The notes under the pieces were generated by a model, which was given only the letters and a program-made list of their open reading frames with translations, did no database searches and was not told where the DNA came from. Both the position numbers and the translations under genes were made by a program. Of a DNA stretch of 62,901 nucleotides, positions 1 to 8,530 are shown piece by piece; position 1 is the stretch's first letter; every line of letters begins with the position of its first letter. The DNA comes from Fidelibacterota bacterium (GTDB lineage Bacteria > Fidelibacterota > Marinisomatia > Marinisomatales > UBA1611). The stretch is taken from positions 1 through 62,901 of the forward strand of contig JAOHKG010000003.1 of assembly GCA_028101095.1 (NCBI GenBank), written 5' to 3'.

Positions 1-110
1 AAACTTATCTTATTACAGAAACTTTTAAAAGAACAATAAGTTTCTTATATCTGCCACAATACAGTGTAATAAAATTATCTAAATAAACATCTGTATTTAT
101 TGGACTTATA

Positions 111-425
111 TTAATATCTTGGTATTTCTTTATCTATTTCTAACGACCAAGATTCTATTCCTCCAATAATGTTACTTACAATATAACCCTTGGGTTCTAA
201 AAAGAAACAAGCTTGCTGCGACCGAACTCCAGAATGACATATAATACCATAATTAACAGATTTTTCCAAAATTAAATAGTCATTAACAATCCTTGATAAA
301 GGTAGCTCTATACAATTATTTATTTTAGCTATCTCATATTCCCAAATTTCTCTTACATCTATTATTTTAAAATTTTTATTATTAACTAGCTGATTATTTG
401 CATCCTCTACAGACATATTATTCAT
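111..425 (-). CDS. Single-domain rhodanese-like sulfurtransferase
   Basis: 104-aa ORF with active-site loop CHSGVRS (CxxGxR[ST]). TAA stop. Confidence 0.8.
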   Translation of the reverse strand: MNNMSVEDANNQLVNNKNFKIIDVREIWEYEIAKINNCIELPLSRIVNDYLILEKSVNYGIICHSGVRSQQACFFLEPKGYIVSNIIGGIESWSLEIDKEIPRY

Positions 426-435
426 CTTAACTCCA

Positions 436-1119
436 TTATAATCTATGCTTTAAGTTTCTATCAGTTATTATAGAATGTACATTTTTTTTCAAACAAAAAT
501 CTATTCCCATATCAGTATTTACAGTCCAAACTATTAATCCATATTTATGTTTTTTAGATTCCTTTATTAATTTATTACTTAACATATCTGCCCTTATGTT
601 TAAATAATTTGGATGAATCCAATTTATAAGCCATAAATATTTCAGACCTTCAACTAAAAAAGCTGTTTTTATCTTCGTATGGTATAATTTTAAATAGATG
701 ATGACTATCGGATTAAAAGATGATATCATTATAAATTCTAAATTATTTTTTTCAATGCTTTTTATTAAACTTTTCACCGTTACCAAATCAAATAAAGATT
801 TAGTTTTTATTTCCAGATTATATTTTAATTTATTCGAATAATTTTTAAAGACCTCTTCAATAGTGGGTATTCTTTGTACTTCTAATGGATGTGACTTTAC
901 ACCCGCATTTAAATACTTTATATCATCGTATAATAAATCATAAATATAACCCACACCATCTGTCTCAGACTCTAAATCAAAATTATGTGAACAAACTACG
1001 ACCCTATCCTTTGTTGACACTAGGTCTAGCTCAACCCATTCAAACCCTATCTCCTTTGCTGATTCAATTGACCTTAGAGTGTTCTCTGGATATTTTTTTT
1101 TATACCCTCTGTGACTCAT
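436..1119 (-). CDS. Glycerophosphodiester phosphodiesterase (GDPD family), probably membrane-anchored
   Basis: HRG...ENT signature (MSHRGYKKKYPENTLRSIESA) and ELDL. The frame stays open upstream through a TM helix with no canonical start (see finding), so the true start is probably near 1221. Confidence 0.8.
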   Translation of the reverse strand: MSHRGYKKKYPENTLRSIESAKEIGFEWVELDLVSTKDRVVVCSHNFDLESETDGVGYIYDLLYDDIKYLNAGVKSHPLEVQRIPTIEEVFKNYSNKLKYNLEIKTKSLFDLVTVKSLIKSIEKNNLEFIMISSFNPIVIIYLKLYHTKIKTAFLVEGLKYLWLINWIHPNYLNIRADMLSNKLIKESKKHKYGLIVWTVNTDMGIDFCLKKNVHSIITDRNLKHRL

Positions 1120-1217
1120 ATATTTAAACCCATCATTAAAAAGATCTGTTTTTTTGACTTCCCAATAAAATCGATGTTTTGCAAGTAATAAAATAAAAGT
1201 TAATACTACTAGAAAGA

Positions 1218-3623
1218 TCAGGGGGCTAATAATAGTGTCCTCATTCCTTGCTGTGCTTTTAACGAATCTTCACTGAAATAAGTTTTTCTATAGCCTCCTG
1301 AATTATAGATAGCGGCTTGGTCTTTATAATTTGGACTATTTGGTAAACCTGATTGCCCAGTTGGTAAAATTATTTGAGTATTGTCCATGTTTGACAGATC
1401 TACTATTCTTCTCATTGATGCACCGGCTGTTTGTTTAAAGGATTTTGTAACTCTATAACCACCAGCATTTGGTGTTTTATCTGATCCTCCAGACCTAAAC
1501 GGGCCAACGCTCAGACTAAATATTCTTTCTAATAAACTTGACTTAGACAACATGTGCTTATGTGTTACGCTATGGGCGTCACCCCATTTCCAATTTGACC
1601 AATTAGGACCATATTTATTTTCAACTAAAGAAATTCCATCATAGATTGAATTTGTTAAAATTTCATCAAAACTCTCTATTCTATTTTTGGTTGCTATGTT
1701 ATCAACCCACGATGAATTTTTATGAACTATCAATTCTCTTAATTTTCTATGAACGAAATATTTTAACTCTGCAAACCCTTCATAATAGTTCTCGCCTAAC
1801 AATGATAGCTCATCGTAATAAATATTTTTGACTAATGATTTTATTATTGAATGAAAAATTAATGTAGCCTCTGAGTCTTTTGATTCAACGCAGTCCCATG
1901 ATTTTAGAAAAGTCATCGCTTTCTTAATTATAGGGGAGTCTTGTTTAATATCCTGTTCCAATAAAATAGGAAGAATCGCAGATGCAAACTCAGAAGTATA
2001 GTCTAGTTGAATTTTTTTCATATTATCTAGATCAACGGCCTCTATTTCTTCCAATCTTTTGTTTATCACTCGAATCCTACTTGGATCTGCCCACAATCCA
2101 CTTATATAGTACGGGAAATCTCCATCTATTGTCCTGTTATTCGCGGTAGAAATAAAACCTTTATTGGGATTATATAAAAATGGCATTTCTTCGAAAGGAA
2201 CCATTCCTTTCCAATCAAATAAAGGATTATCTCCAGGCTTAGGTACCATGCTGAAACCCTCTCTTCTTATTGGAATATATACCGCTGGTCTCCAGCCAAT
2301 ATTTCCATCTATATCTGCATAAATTATATTTTGTCCAGGTACACCAAAAGATCTTACTCCCTCTGTAAACTCCTCCCAGTTTCTCATATTATTAAGCTTA
2401 ACCCATGCATCCATTTCAGAGGTAATCCAATGACCTGTCCAGGACAAAGAGATTGCTTTATTTTGATCTTTGAGTAATGGGTGGATATCGCTAATTATAG
2501 GTCCATGATGTGTTGATCTAATAAAGATAGTAGTATCTCTTCCATTTTTTAACGGGATAAATTCTTTTACAATTGAAATTTCTCTCCACTTATCACCATG
2601 CCTGTATTGGTTATTATTATTTGGATTGATTTTTTCTACAAAGAAATCAACATCGTCAACCATTGTATTTGTGAAACCCCATGCTGTTCTTTCATTTTGA
2701 CCAATTACAGGAAGAGGAATACCCGCTAAGCATAATCCTGAAACATTAAACCTACCGCCTTTTAAGTGTATTTCATACCACCTAGAAGGTTGAGAAAATG
2801 CAAGATGGGGATCGTTTGCCAAAAAAGGCATCCCTGTTTTTGTTTTTTCCCCAGAGACAACCCAACTGTTAGAACCTATATCTGCTGAGGGATCACCTAA
2901 TATACCACGTAGATTGTTTTCAATGTTAAGAATGGCACTTAAGGTAGGTTCTATACCTTCTATAGATACGCTTGCTATTGTTGGGTTGTCCAATTCTAGG
3001 TCCGGTATCATTTCTAATAATTTATCTTTACCAAAATAGTTGTTTATCGCACCAAAAATAATTTCAGCCTTCCACGAGCCTTGCATTTCATGCGCCATCA
3101 TCCTTGCATAACCTGCTACAATCGATGGATCCCAATATGGCGGCTTAAAACCTAATATTTTAAACTCTAAAGGTAAATCTATGTATGCTTCATCAATATG
3201 ATAATTAATTCCATCACAAAAAGTTTCAAATATTTTTCTATTTTGAGGATCCATATTTTCAATCATTTTCTTACCCGTAGAGTGAATTTTCCATGTCCTT
3301 AAGTATATATCCGTTTTTAATAAATCGTTACCAAAAACAGAGGCAAGCTCTCCTTTTACTGCTAATGCAACTGTTGAAAGTTGAAACAGTCTCTCCCTTG
3401 CAGAAAGATACCCAGCTGTAAAAAACAAATCATCTTCATTTTCTGCAAATATATGAGGCACGCCATATGAACCAGTATATACTTTTACTGCTTTATTTAA
3501 ACCTTTAACCTTTATTTCCCCTTCGTACTTTGGTAATGGCGGGTGAAGCCAGGAAACTATTAAATAAACTAAAAATGGAATGAAAAACAGACTCAAAAGC
3601 ATGTATGGATATTTGTTTTTCAT
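1218..3623 (-). CDS. Penicillin/AHL acylase family protein (peptidase S45, Ntn hydrolase)
   Basis: 801 aa with an N-terminal hydrophobic anchor. Ntn nucleophile context DIGSNSWVVSG and NDPHL motif. TGA stop. Confidence 0.85.
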   Translation of the reverse strand: MKNKYPYMLLSLFFIPFLVYLIVSWLHPPLPKYEGEIKVKGLNKAVKVYTGSYGVPHIFAENEDDLFFTAGYLSARERLFQLSTVALAVKGELASVFGNDLLKTDIYLRTWKIHSTGKKMIENMDPQNRKIFETFCDGINYHIDEAYIDLPLEFKILGFKPPYWDPSIVAGYARMMAHEMQGSWKAEIIFGAINNYFGKDKLLEMIPDLELDNPTIASVSIEGIEPTLSAILNIENNLRGILGDPSADIGSNSWVVSGEKTKTGMPFLANDPHLAFSQPSRWYEIHLKGGRFNVSGLCLAGIPLPVIGQNERTAWGFTNTMVDDVDFFVEKINPNNNNQYRHGDKWREISIVKEFIPLKNGRDTTIFIRSTHHGPIISDIHPLLKDQNKAISLSWTGHWITSEMDAWVKLNNMRNWEEFTEGVRSFGVPGQNIIYADIDGNIGWRPAVYIPIRREGFSMVPKPGDNPLFDWKGMVPFEEMPFLYNPNKGFISTANNRTIDGDFPYYISGLWADPSRIRVINKRLEEIEAVDLDNMKKIQLDYTSEFASAILPILLEQDIKQDSPIIKKAMTFLKSWDCVESKDSEATLIFHSIIKSLVKNIYYDELSLLGENYYEGFAELKYFVHRKLRELIVHKNSSWVDNIATKNRIESFDEILTNSIYDGISLVENKYGPNWSNWKWGDAHSVTHKHMLSKSSLLERIFSLSVGPFRSGGSDKTPNAGGYRVTKSFKQTAGASMRRIVDLSNMDNTQIILPTGQSGLPNSPNYKDQAAIYNSGGYRKTYFSEDSLKAQQGMRTLLLAP

Positions 3624-5233
3624 TTATAAGCTTTTTTTTCGAAAAGAACCCATGATTCTGGGTCAATTATCAATTCAGAACTTTTAGGTATTACTATCTT
3701 TTTAGGGTTATTACTTAATTCTAGTTCTTTTTCTCTTAATCCATCAAAAGAATTATAATTAATAACAATCGGCATTTTAAAACCATCATCCTCCCACCAA
3801 ATATCAATAAACTTTTTATTTTTTATTATATTCTCTTTTATGTTTAGAATAGGGAGTTTTGCATTATTCCAATATTGATCAAAAAACCAACTTAATTCTT
3901 TTTTTGAATTCATTTCAATTAGGGTAACAAACTCGGAAGTTGTTGTTTGATTATTAGAGTGTTCTTTGGGAATGTATAAGAACTCTTTTAAACTTTCAAT
4001 TAAAATCTCTTTTCCAATTATATAACGAAGTGTGTGAAGTAAGTAGGCTCCTTTATAGTAAACATCATTATCGGTAAATACATCGATGCCCGAATTTGGT
4101 TGAGCAATGATTGGTTTTTTATTTTGAATATTTGACTCAAAATTGGTTTTAATGAAGTTTATCGATGTCTCTAAATTATATTTTTTCTCAATATATAATG
4201 CTTCCGCGTAAGTATTTATACCTTCATGGATCCAAAAGTCTGCCCAATCATAAACACTTAAAAAATTTCCCCACCATTCGTGTCCGATTTCGTGAAATAA
4301 AAGAAAATCATAGCCAAGATTGGTTTTTTTGTGGTTGTTACCGTAGGCAATTGCTGTCTGGTGCTCCATGCCCCAATATGGAGTTTGAACAATTCCAAAT
4401 TTTTCTTGAATCCAAGGGTATTGTCCAAAAAGACCAGCATAAAAACTCAGATATTCTTCAGCCGATTTTAATAACTCTATATCTTTATTTGTATCATTTG
4501 ACAATGTATAAAAAATCATTTTTAGAGGTTTATCTAATATATAGCCTGTTCTTTTAACTTCCTTAAAATCTCCTATTGTGAAATTTATATTATATGAACT
4601 AATTGGATAGTTTGTTTCCCAGACCCATGTATGCCAATAACCGCTACTTGGTTCTATCGATTTTAAAAGACCATTTGATACCACTTTTAAAGGTTTTGGA
4701 ACGGTTATTTTTATTTCTGCACCTTCTGCTTTATCGTTTGGATTAGACTTACTAGGGAACCAGATATGTCCGCCCTTTGATTGGCATGCAATACCCACCC
4801 AATGATTTCCATTTGAATCTTCATCCCAGATAATACCAGCTTCCCATGGAGGGCTTTTAGAAACTGGGGGTTTTCCAACATATTTTATTTCCAGAGAGTG
4901 TTCTTTAAATAGTTTAAGTCCGGTTTTAAGTATGTATACCTTATCATTTTTTTGTTCAAAGGCTAAGCTTGTTCCATTAATTGAGGTTCCAGATACTGTA
5001 TAATTTTTCAAGAGATCAATCTCTATATTTTTTACTTTTTGATACAGAACAAAAGTTATTATCGTGTTGCCTGAAATAATTTTTTTTTTAGGATCAACTT
5101 TTAAGTCTATATTATAAAAAACAATATCTAATGATTCTTGATCTTGAGATGATTTACTATCAATGTAAGAAGCAAAAGAATTATCAAATGAAAAAAAAAA
5201 TACTAGTTGAAATATGTATAAGAAAAATTTCAA
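3620..5233 (-). CDS. M1 family zinc aminopeptidase, secreted
   Basis: WGMEHQT (GxMEN-like) followed by HEIGHEWWGN, and a signal-like N-terminus. TGA stop overlaps the next start as ATGA. Confidence 0.85.
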   Translation of the reverse strand: MKFFLYIFQLVFFFSFDNSFASYIDSKSSQDQESLDIVFYNIDLKVDPKKKIISGNTIITFVLYQKVKNIEIDLLKNYTVSGTSINGTSLAFEQKNDKVYILKTGLKLFKEHSLEIKYVGKPPVSKSPPWEAGIIWDEDSNGNHWVGIACQSKGGHIWFPSKSNPNDKAEGAEIKITVPKPLKVVSNGLLKSIEPSSGYWHTWVWETNYPISSYNINFTIGDFKEVKRTGYILDKPLKMIFYTLSNDTNKDIELLKSAEEYLSFYAGLFGQYPWIQEKFGIVQTPYWGMEHQTAIAYGNNHKKTNLGYDFLLFHEIGHEWWGNFLSVYDWADFWIHEGINTYAEALYIEKKYNLETSINFIKTNFESNIQNKKPIIAQPNSGIDVFTDNDVYYKGAYLLHTLRYIIGKEILIESLKEFLYIPKEHSNNQTTTSEFVTLIEMNSKKELSWFFDQYWNNAKLPILNIKENIIKNKKFIDIWWEDDGFKMPIVINYNSFDGLREKELELSNNPKKIVIPKSSELIIDPESWVLFEKKAYK

Positions 5234-5685
5234 ACTTTTTCGACTTTATATTGATATTGATGGATTCCTTTGCTTTCATCTACTGTTATTATTTTTTTGA
5301 ATTGGAGGTTTATTTCCTTTGTGAAATTCTCAAAAAGCCGAATTCCTTTTCCAAAAATAAAAGGATGGGGAGTTACATACATATGGGTGATAAATGGCGA
5401 AAACCTTGAATATGTTATTCCACCCCCAATTATAAAGCATCGATTAGTAATAACATTATTAAGTACCAGTACTGGATCATCTTTTCTAGTAACAACTATG
5501 TTTTTTCTGCCACTTAACTCTTTAGATATTACTTTACGAGTATTAGAACCCATTATTATAGAGTGTCCTATTGTCTGTTTTTTGAAAAGAGGTAAATCCA
5601 AGGACCATGAAATCACCTCTTTGTTATGCCTAGCTATAAAACCATCAATAGTAACTGCTGCTATTAGAATGATTTCTTTTGGCAT
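5230..5685 (-). CDS. Dihydrofolate reductase family protein
   Basis: 151 aa. LIAAVTIDGFIA...IMGSNT...GRKNIVVTR...IIGGG layout matches the DHFR / RibD C-terminal fold. Confidence 0.7.
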   Translation of the reverse strand: MPKEIILIAAVTIDGFIARHNKEVISWSLDLPLFKKQTIGHSIIMGSNTRKVISKELSGRKNIVVTRKDDPVLVLNNVITNRCFIIGGGITYSRFSPFITHMYVTPHPFIFGKGIRLFENFTKEINLQFKKIITVDESKGIHQYQYKVEKV

Positions 5686-5688
5686 ACT

Positions 5689-8505
5689 TTATTTATAGAT
5701 TCTAGAAGATTTCCACTTTTCTAAATCTGTAAATGAACTTTTCATATTTGAGATGTTTTTATGGTTTTCAGCAAAAGTTACAACATTAATCATTTTTCGA
5801 CTTTTTGGTGAAACAACTTCATTAAAGACACTTAGGAGATTCTCTTTATTTATTTGATTTAAAGCATCTACTGTCTCCTCATCTCTAAAATAATTTATGT
5901 CATATTCGAATATTGCTGTTTTAAGTTTAGTGGCTTTTTCCAATATACTCATCGGCTTCTTTTCAAGCTCTTCAATACAAGAATCAATTATCTGTTTAAA
6001 TGTATTTTCATCCAATTTAACTATTTCATTTTCTGCAGATGAATAAATAAACTTATCTGCTCTTTTATCTAATTCACCACCATCGTAAACACCAGATTGA
6101 ATTAAAAAATTTAAGAAATACCTGTTTTTGATGTTTCTTGTATATGACCAAACAATGTAACCCAACTGCTGGTTTGTTCTCATTTCAGTGTAAAAAGGTT
6201 GCTGTAATACTTTGTCAATTACCATTGACATTGCCCTCGTTTTTGGTGAATCTTCACCAATCTCATATTGTCTAAAAAAGCATGAGTTATTAACTAACAA
6301 ATTATCTATATATTGTATATCTTCAGATTCTTCTAATTGGAGGTGCTTCAATTCAAAAGTTTCTTCTCTTTCAATTCCTACTGTACCCGTTTTATTATTG
6401 AACATTTCAACCACTTTCTCTGCCTGGTCTTTTTCAAAATCACCATAGACCATTGCTTCTACAAATGTTTTTTCATAAAGCGACTTACTGTATTTTTTTA
6501 TATTTTCTAATGTTGTTTTCTCGGCAACAACTAAGGACTCTTCCCAGGAAAACTTAATATTATTATAAATCTCTGGAGAAATTTCTCTAGTTTGTTGGTG
6601 TGCATCTGAGAGAGGAAAATTATTATAATTTCTTAGTATTTTATCTTTTATTGCATCAAACTGTTCATCGCTTATTGAAAAGTTTATTATTTGATTCAAA
6701 ACTGTTTCAAATAATATTATGGAAGATTCTGTATATCCGCTCACGTCTATATAGATTCCTTCATAACCTTCTTTAATACCGTAGTTAAGTCCTGCTTCTT
6801 TGGCTGGATAGCTTATTTCATTTAAGGATTCGTTAACACAGGCTGTATAAAAGCGTGAAAAAACCCTATGCTCTAGGTTCATTTTATCTTTAGGTAATAA
6901 AACTTTAAGACTTATAACGCCTTTTGGTCTTAGAAACTGATGGTCTTGCCCAAAATAAAGCTTTAAACCTTTTCCTTCATTAACCAACTCAGGATAAACC
7001 TTTTCTTTGTACTCTCTTCCTGGTACGGATGCTTTTTTTGGTATAAATGGATTTGAATTAGGCAGATGAAAATCAGATATAAGTTCAGAAGTTTTCAACT
7101 CCTCAAAAAAGCTAAGGTCTTCTGAATAAGAATATTTTGTTTGATAAAAGTGTTCTGTCTTGTCGACCTTCACACCTTTTGCAGTTAGATAAACTAACAT
7201 ATTCTGTGGCTTGATATGGGAAAGTAAATCATTATAATCTTTTGAGTTTTTATTATCATATATATAATTAATTCGCCCAGCATCTTCAATTGGGTACATC
7301 AGAACTTCATTCGCCAATTCAGTTGCTCTCCACATTCCCTCTCCTTTATTACTATATATTTCCTCGAGGTTTGACATCGCTTTGAGTTCATTAAAAATAT
7401 AATCTGGCCTATCGCTTTTTCTCATTAAATCTATGTAACTCATTGTTGCTTTTAAAACTTGCTTATATTCGCTAAGGCCTTCTTTTGTAAGCCCCACTCG
7501 AACAGATGCACTAGCATAATCGTTAGTTGTAGAACCCGCGCCTGCAGATAGTGTTGAAGCCCAACCCTTCTTTTTTAAGTACGATAATAGACTTCCCTCT
7601 CCTTCATGTCCTAAAATAGAGCCGAACTGTCTTCCCGGCTTACTTTTATATAATTGTCTTATGCCCGGCAAAGGAAACGCAAAGCTCAACTCTCTTATAT
7701 CTTTAACGGGTTCAACCTGAATTAAGCGGAAAGTGTTTTTTTCTTCAACAAAGTTAGGATCATATGTGTTTTTAGGTTTATTATAATTTTTTATTCCTGA
7801 AAAATATTGATTTGCAAGCTTTTCCATATCATCTAATGAATGTGTACTTAAAAGTGCAAGACCCATTCTATTCGAACTATAATATTTTTTATAAAATTTT
7901 AGTAATTCATCTCTAGTTGTGTTTCCAAGAGTTTCAAGGTTTCCAGTTCCAAATTTTTGTTCTGGGTGTCCTTCTTTTGCGAATAGGTTCGAAATTCTAT
8001 AAAGTCTTCTATAGTCATTCATAATGTTTTTTTGATGCTCTGAATTAACAGCATTTACTTCTCTTTCTGTGTATTCTTCTGTGAATAAGGGGCTGATGAA
8101 AAATTGAGAAAACCTATCCAAAGCGCCCTCAAATCCATCTGGTAAAACTTGGAATTGATAGTTAGTATGGTCTGGAGCTGTGTAAGCATTTGAATAACCA
8201 CCATAATTTTTTAAATATGTACTATACTCATCTACATCTGGAAATTTTTCTGTTCCTAAAAATAACATATGCTCTAGAAAATGAGCAAGACCTTCTCTTT
8301 CTTTTGGGTTATCTAAAGAACCGACTTCAACAGCAACAGATGCAGCAGAAACATTAAAGCTTGGGTCAGATATTAAATAAACTTTTAATCCATTTTCCAA
8401 TATGAGCGTTCTTGATTCTGATTTATCTAAAGGGTGTTTCATTTTAATATCTGTTCTAGTACAGCCAGTAATAATTATCAACGTTAATAATAAAACCTTT
8501 TTCAT
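5689..8505 (-). CDS. M16 (insulinase/pitrilysin-like) zinc peptidase, lipoprotein
   Basis: 938 aa with inverted zinc motif HFLEHMLF (HxxEH). Lipobox ITGC at the N-terminus. Confidence 0.85.
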   Translation of the reverse strand: MKKVLLLTLIIITGCTRTDIKMKHPLDKSESRTLILENGLKVYLISDPSFNVSAASVAVEVGSLDNPKEREGLAHFLEHMLFLGTEKFPDVDEYSTYLKNYGGYSNAYTAPDHTNYQFQVLPDGFEGALDRFSQFFISPLFTEEYTEREVNAVNSEHQKNIMNDYRRLYRISNLFAKEGHPEQKFGTGNLETLGNTTRDELLKFYKKYYSSNRMGLALLSTHSLDDMEKLANQYFSGIKNYNKPKNTYDPNFVEEKNTFRLIQVEPVKDIRELSFAFPLPGIRQLYKSKPGRQFGSILGHEGEGSLLSYLKKKGWASTLSAGAGSTTNDYASASVRVGLTKEGLSEYKQVLKATMSYIDLMRKSDRPDYIFNELKAMSNLEEIYSNKGEGMWRATELANEVLMYPIEDAGRINYIYDNKNSKDYNDLLSHIKPQNMLVYLTAKGVKVDKTEHFYQTKYSYSEDLSFFEELKTSELISDFHLPNSNPFIPKKASVPGREYKEKVYPELVNEGKGLKLYFGQDHQFLRPKGVISLKVLLPKDKMNLEHRVFSRFYTACVNESLNEISYPAKEAGLNYGIKEGYEGIYIDVSGYTESSIILFETVLNQIINFSISDEQFDAIKDKILRNYNNFPLSDAHQQTREISPEIYNNIKFSWEESLVVAEKTTLENIKKYSKSLYEKTFVEAMVYGDFEKDQAEKVVEMFNNKTGTVGIEREETFELKHLQLEESEDIQYIDNLLVNNSCFFRQYEIGEDSPKTRAMSMVIDKVLQQPFYTEMRTNQQLGYIVWSYTRNIKNRYFLNFLIQSGVYDGGELDKRADKFIYSSAENEIVKLDENTFKQIIDSCIEELEKKPMSILEKATKLKTAIFEYDINYFRDEETVDALNQINKENLLSVFNEVVSPKSRKMINVVTFAENHKNISNMKSSFTDLEKWKSSRIYK

Positions 8506-8530
8506 TTTTAATATTCTCCAATTTTCTACC

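Noticed and set aside
18-46. Inverted repeat AGAAACTT...AAGTTTCT downstream of the rhodanese gene, as a possible terminator.
   Set aside because: It has an 8-bp AT-rich stem, a 13-nt loop and no convincing U-tract on the minus strand. It also lies at the window edge, so the context is unknown.
5270-5698. Long antisense ORFs listed in the track, for example 5270-5698, 12660-13139, 13356-13838, 23381-23809, 25169-25717, 26919-27356 and 38202-38639 (all plus strand), and 19946-20161 and 43452-43811 (minus strand).
   Set aside because: Each lies wholly inside a well-supported conserved gene on the other strand. Their low-complexity, Ser/Leu/Phe-rich translations carry no motifs. They are shadow ORFs typical of biased-composition genomes.
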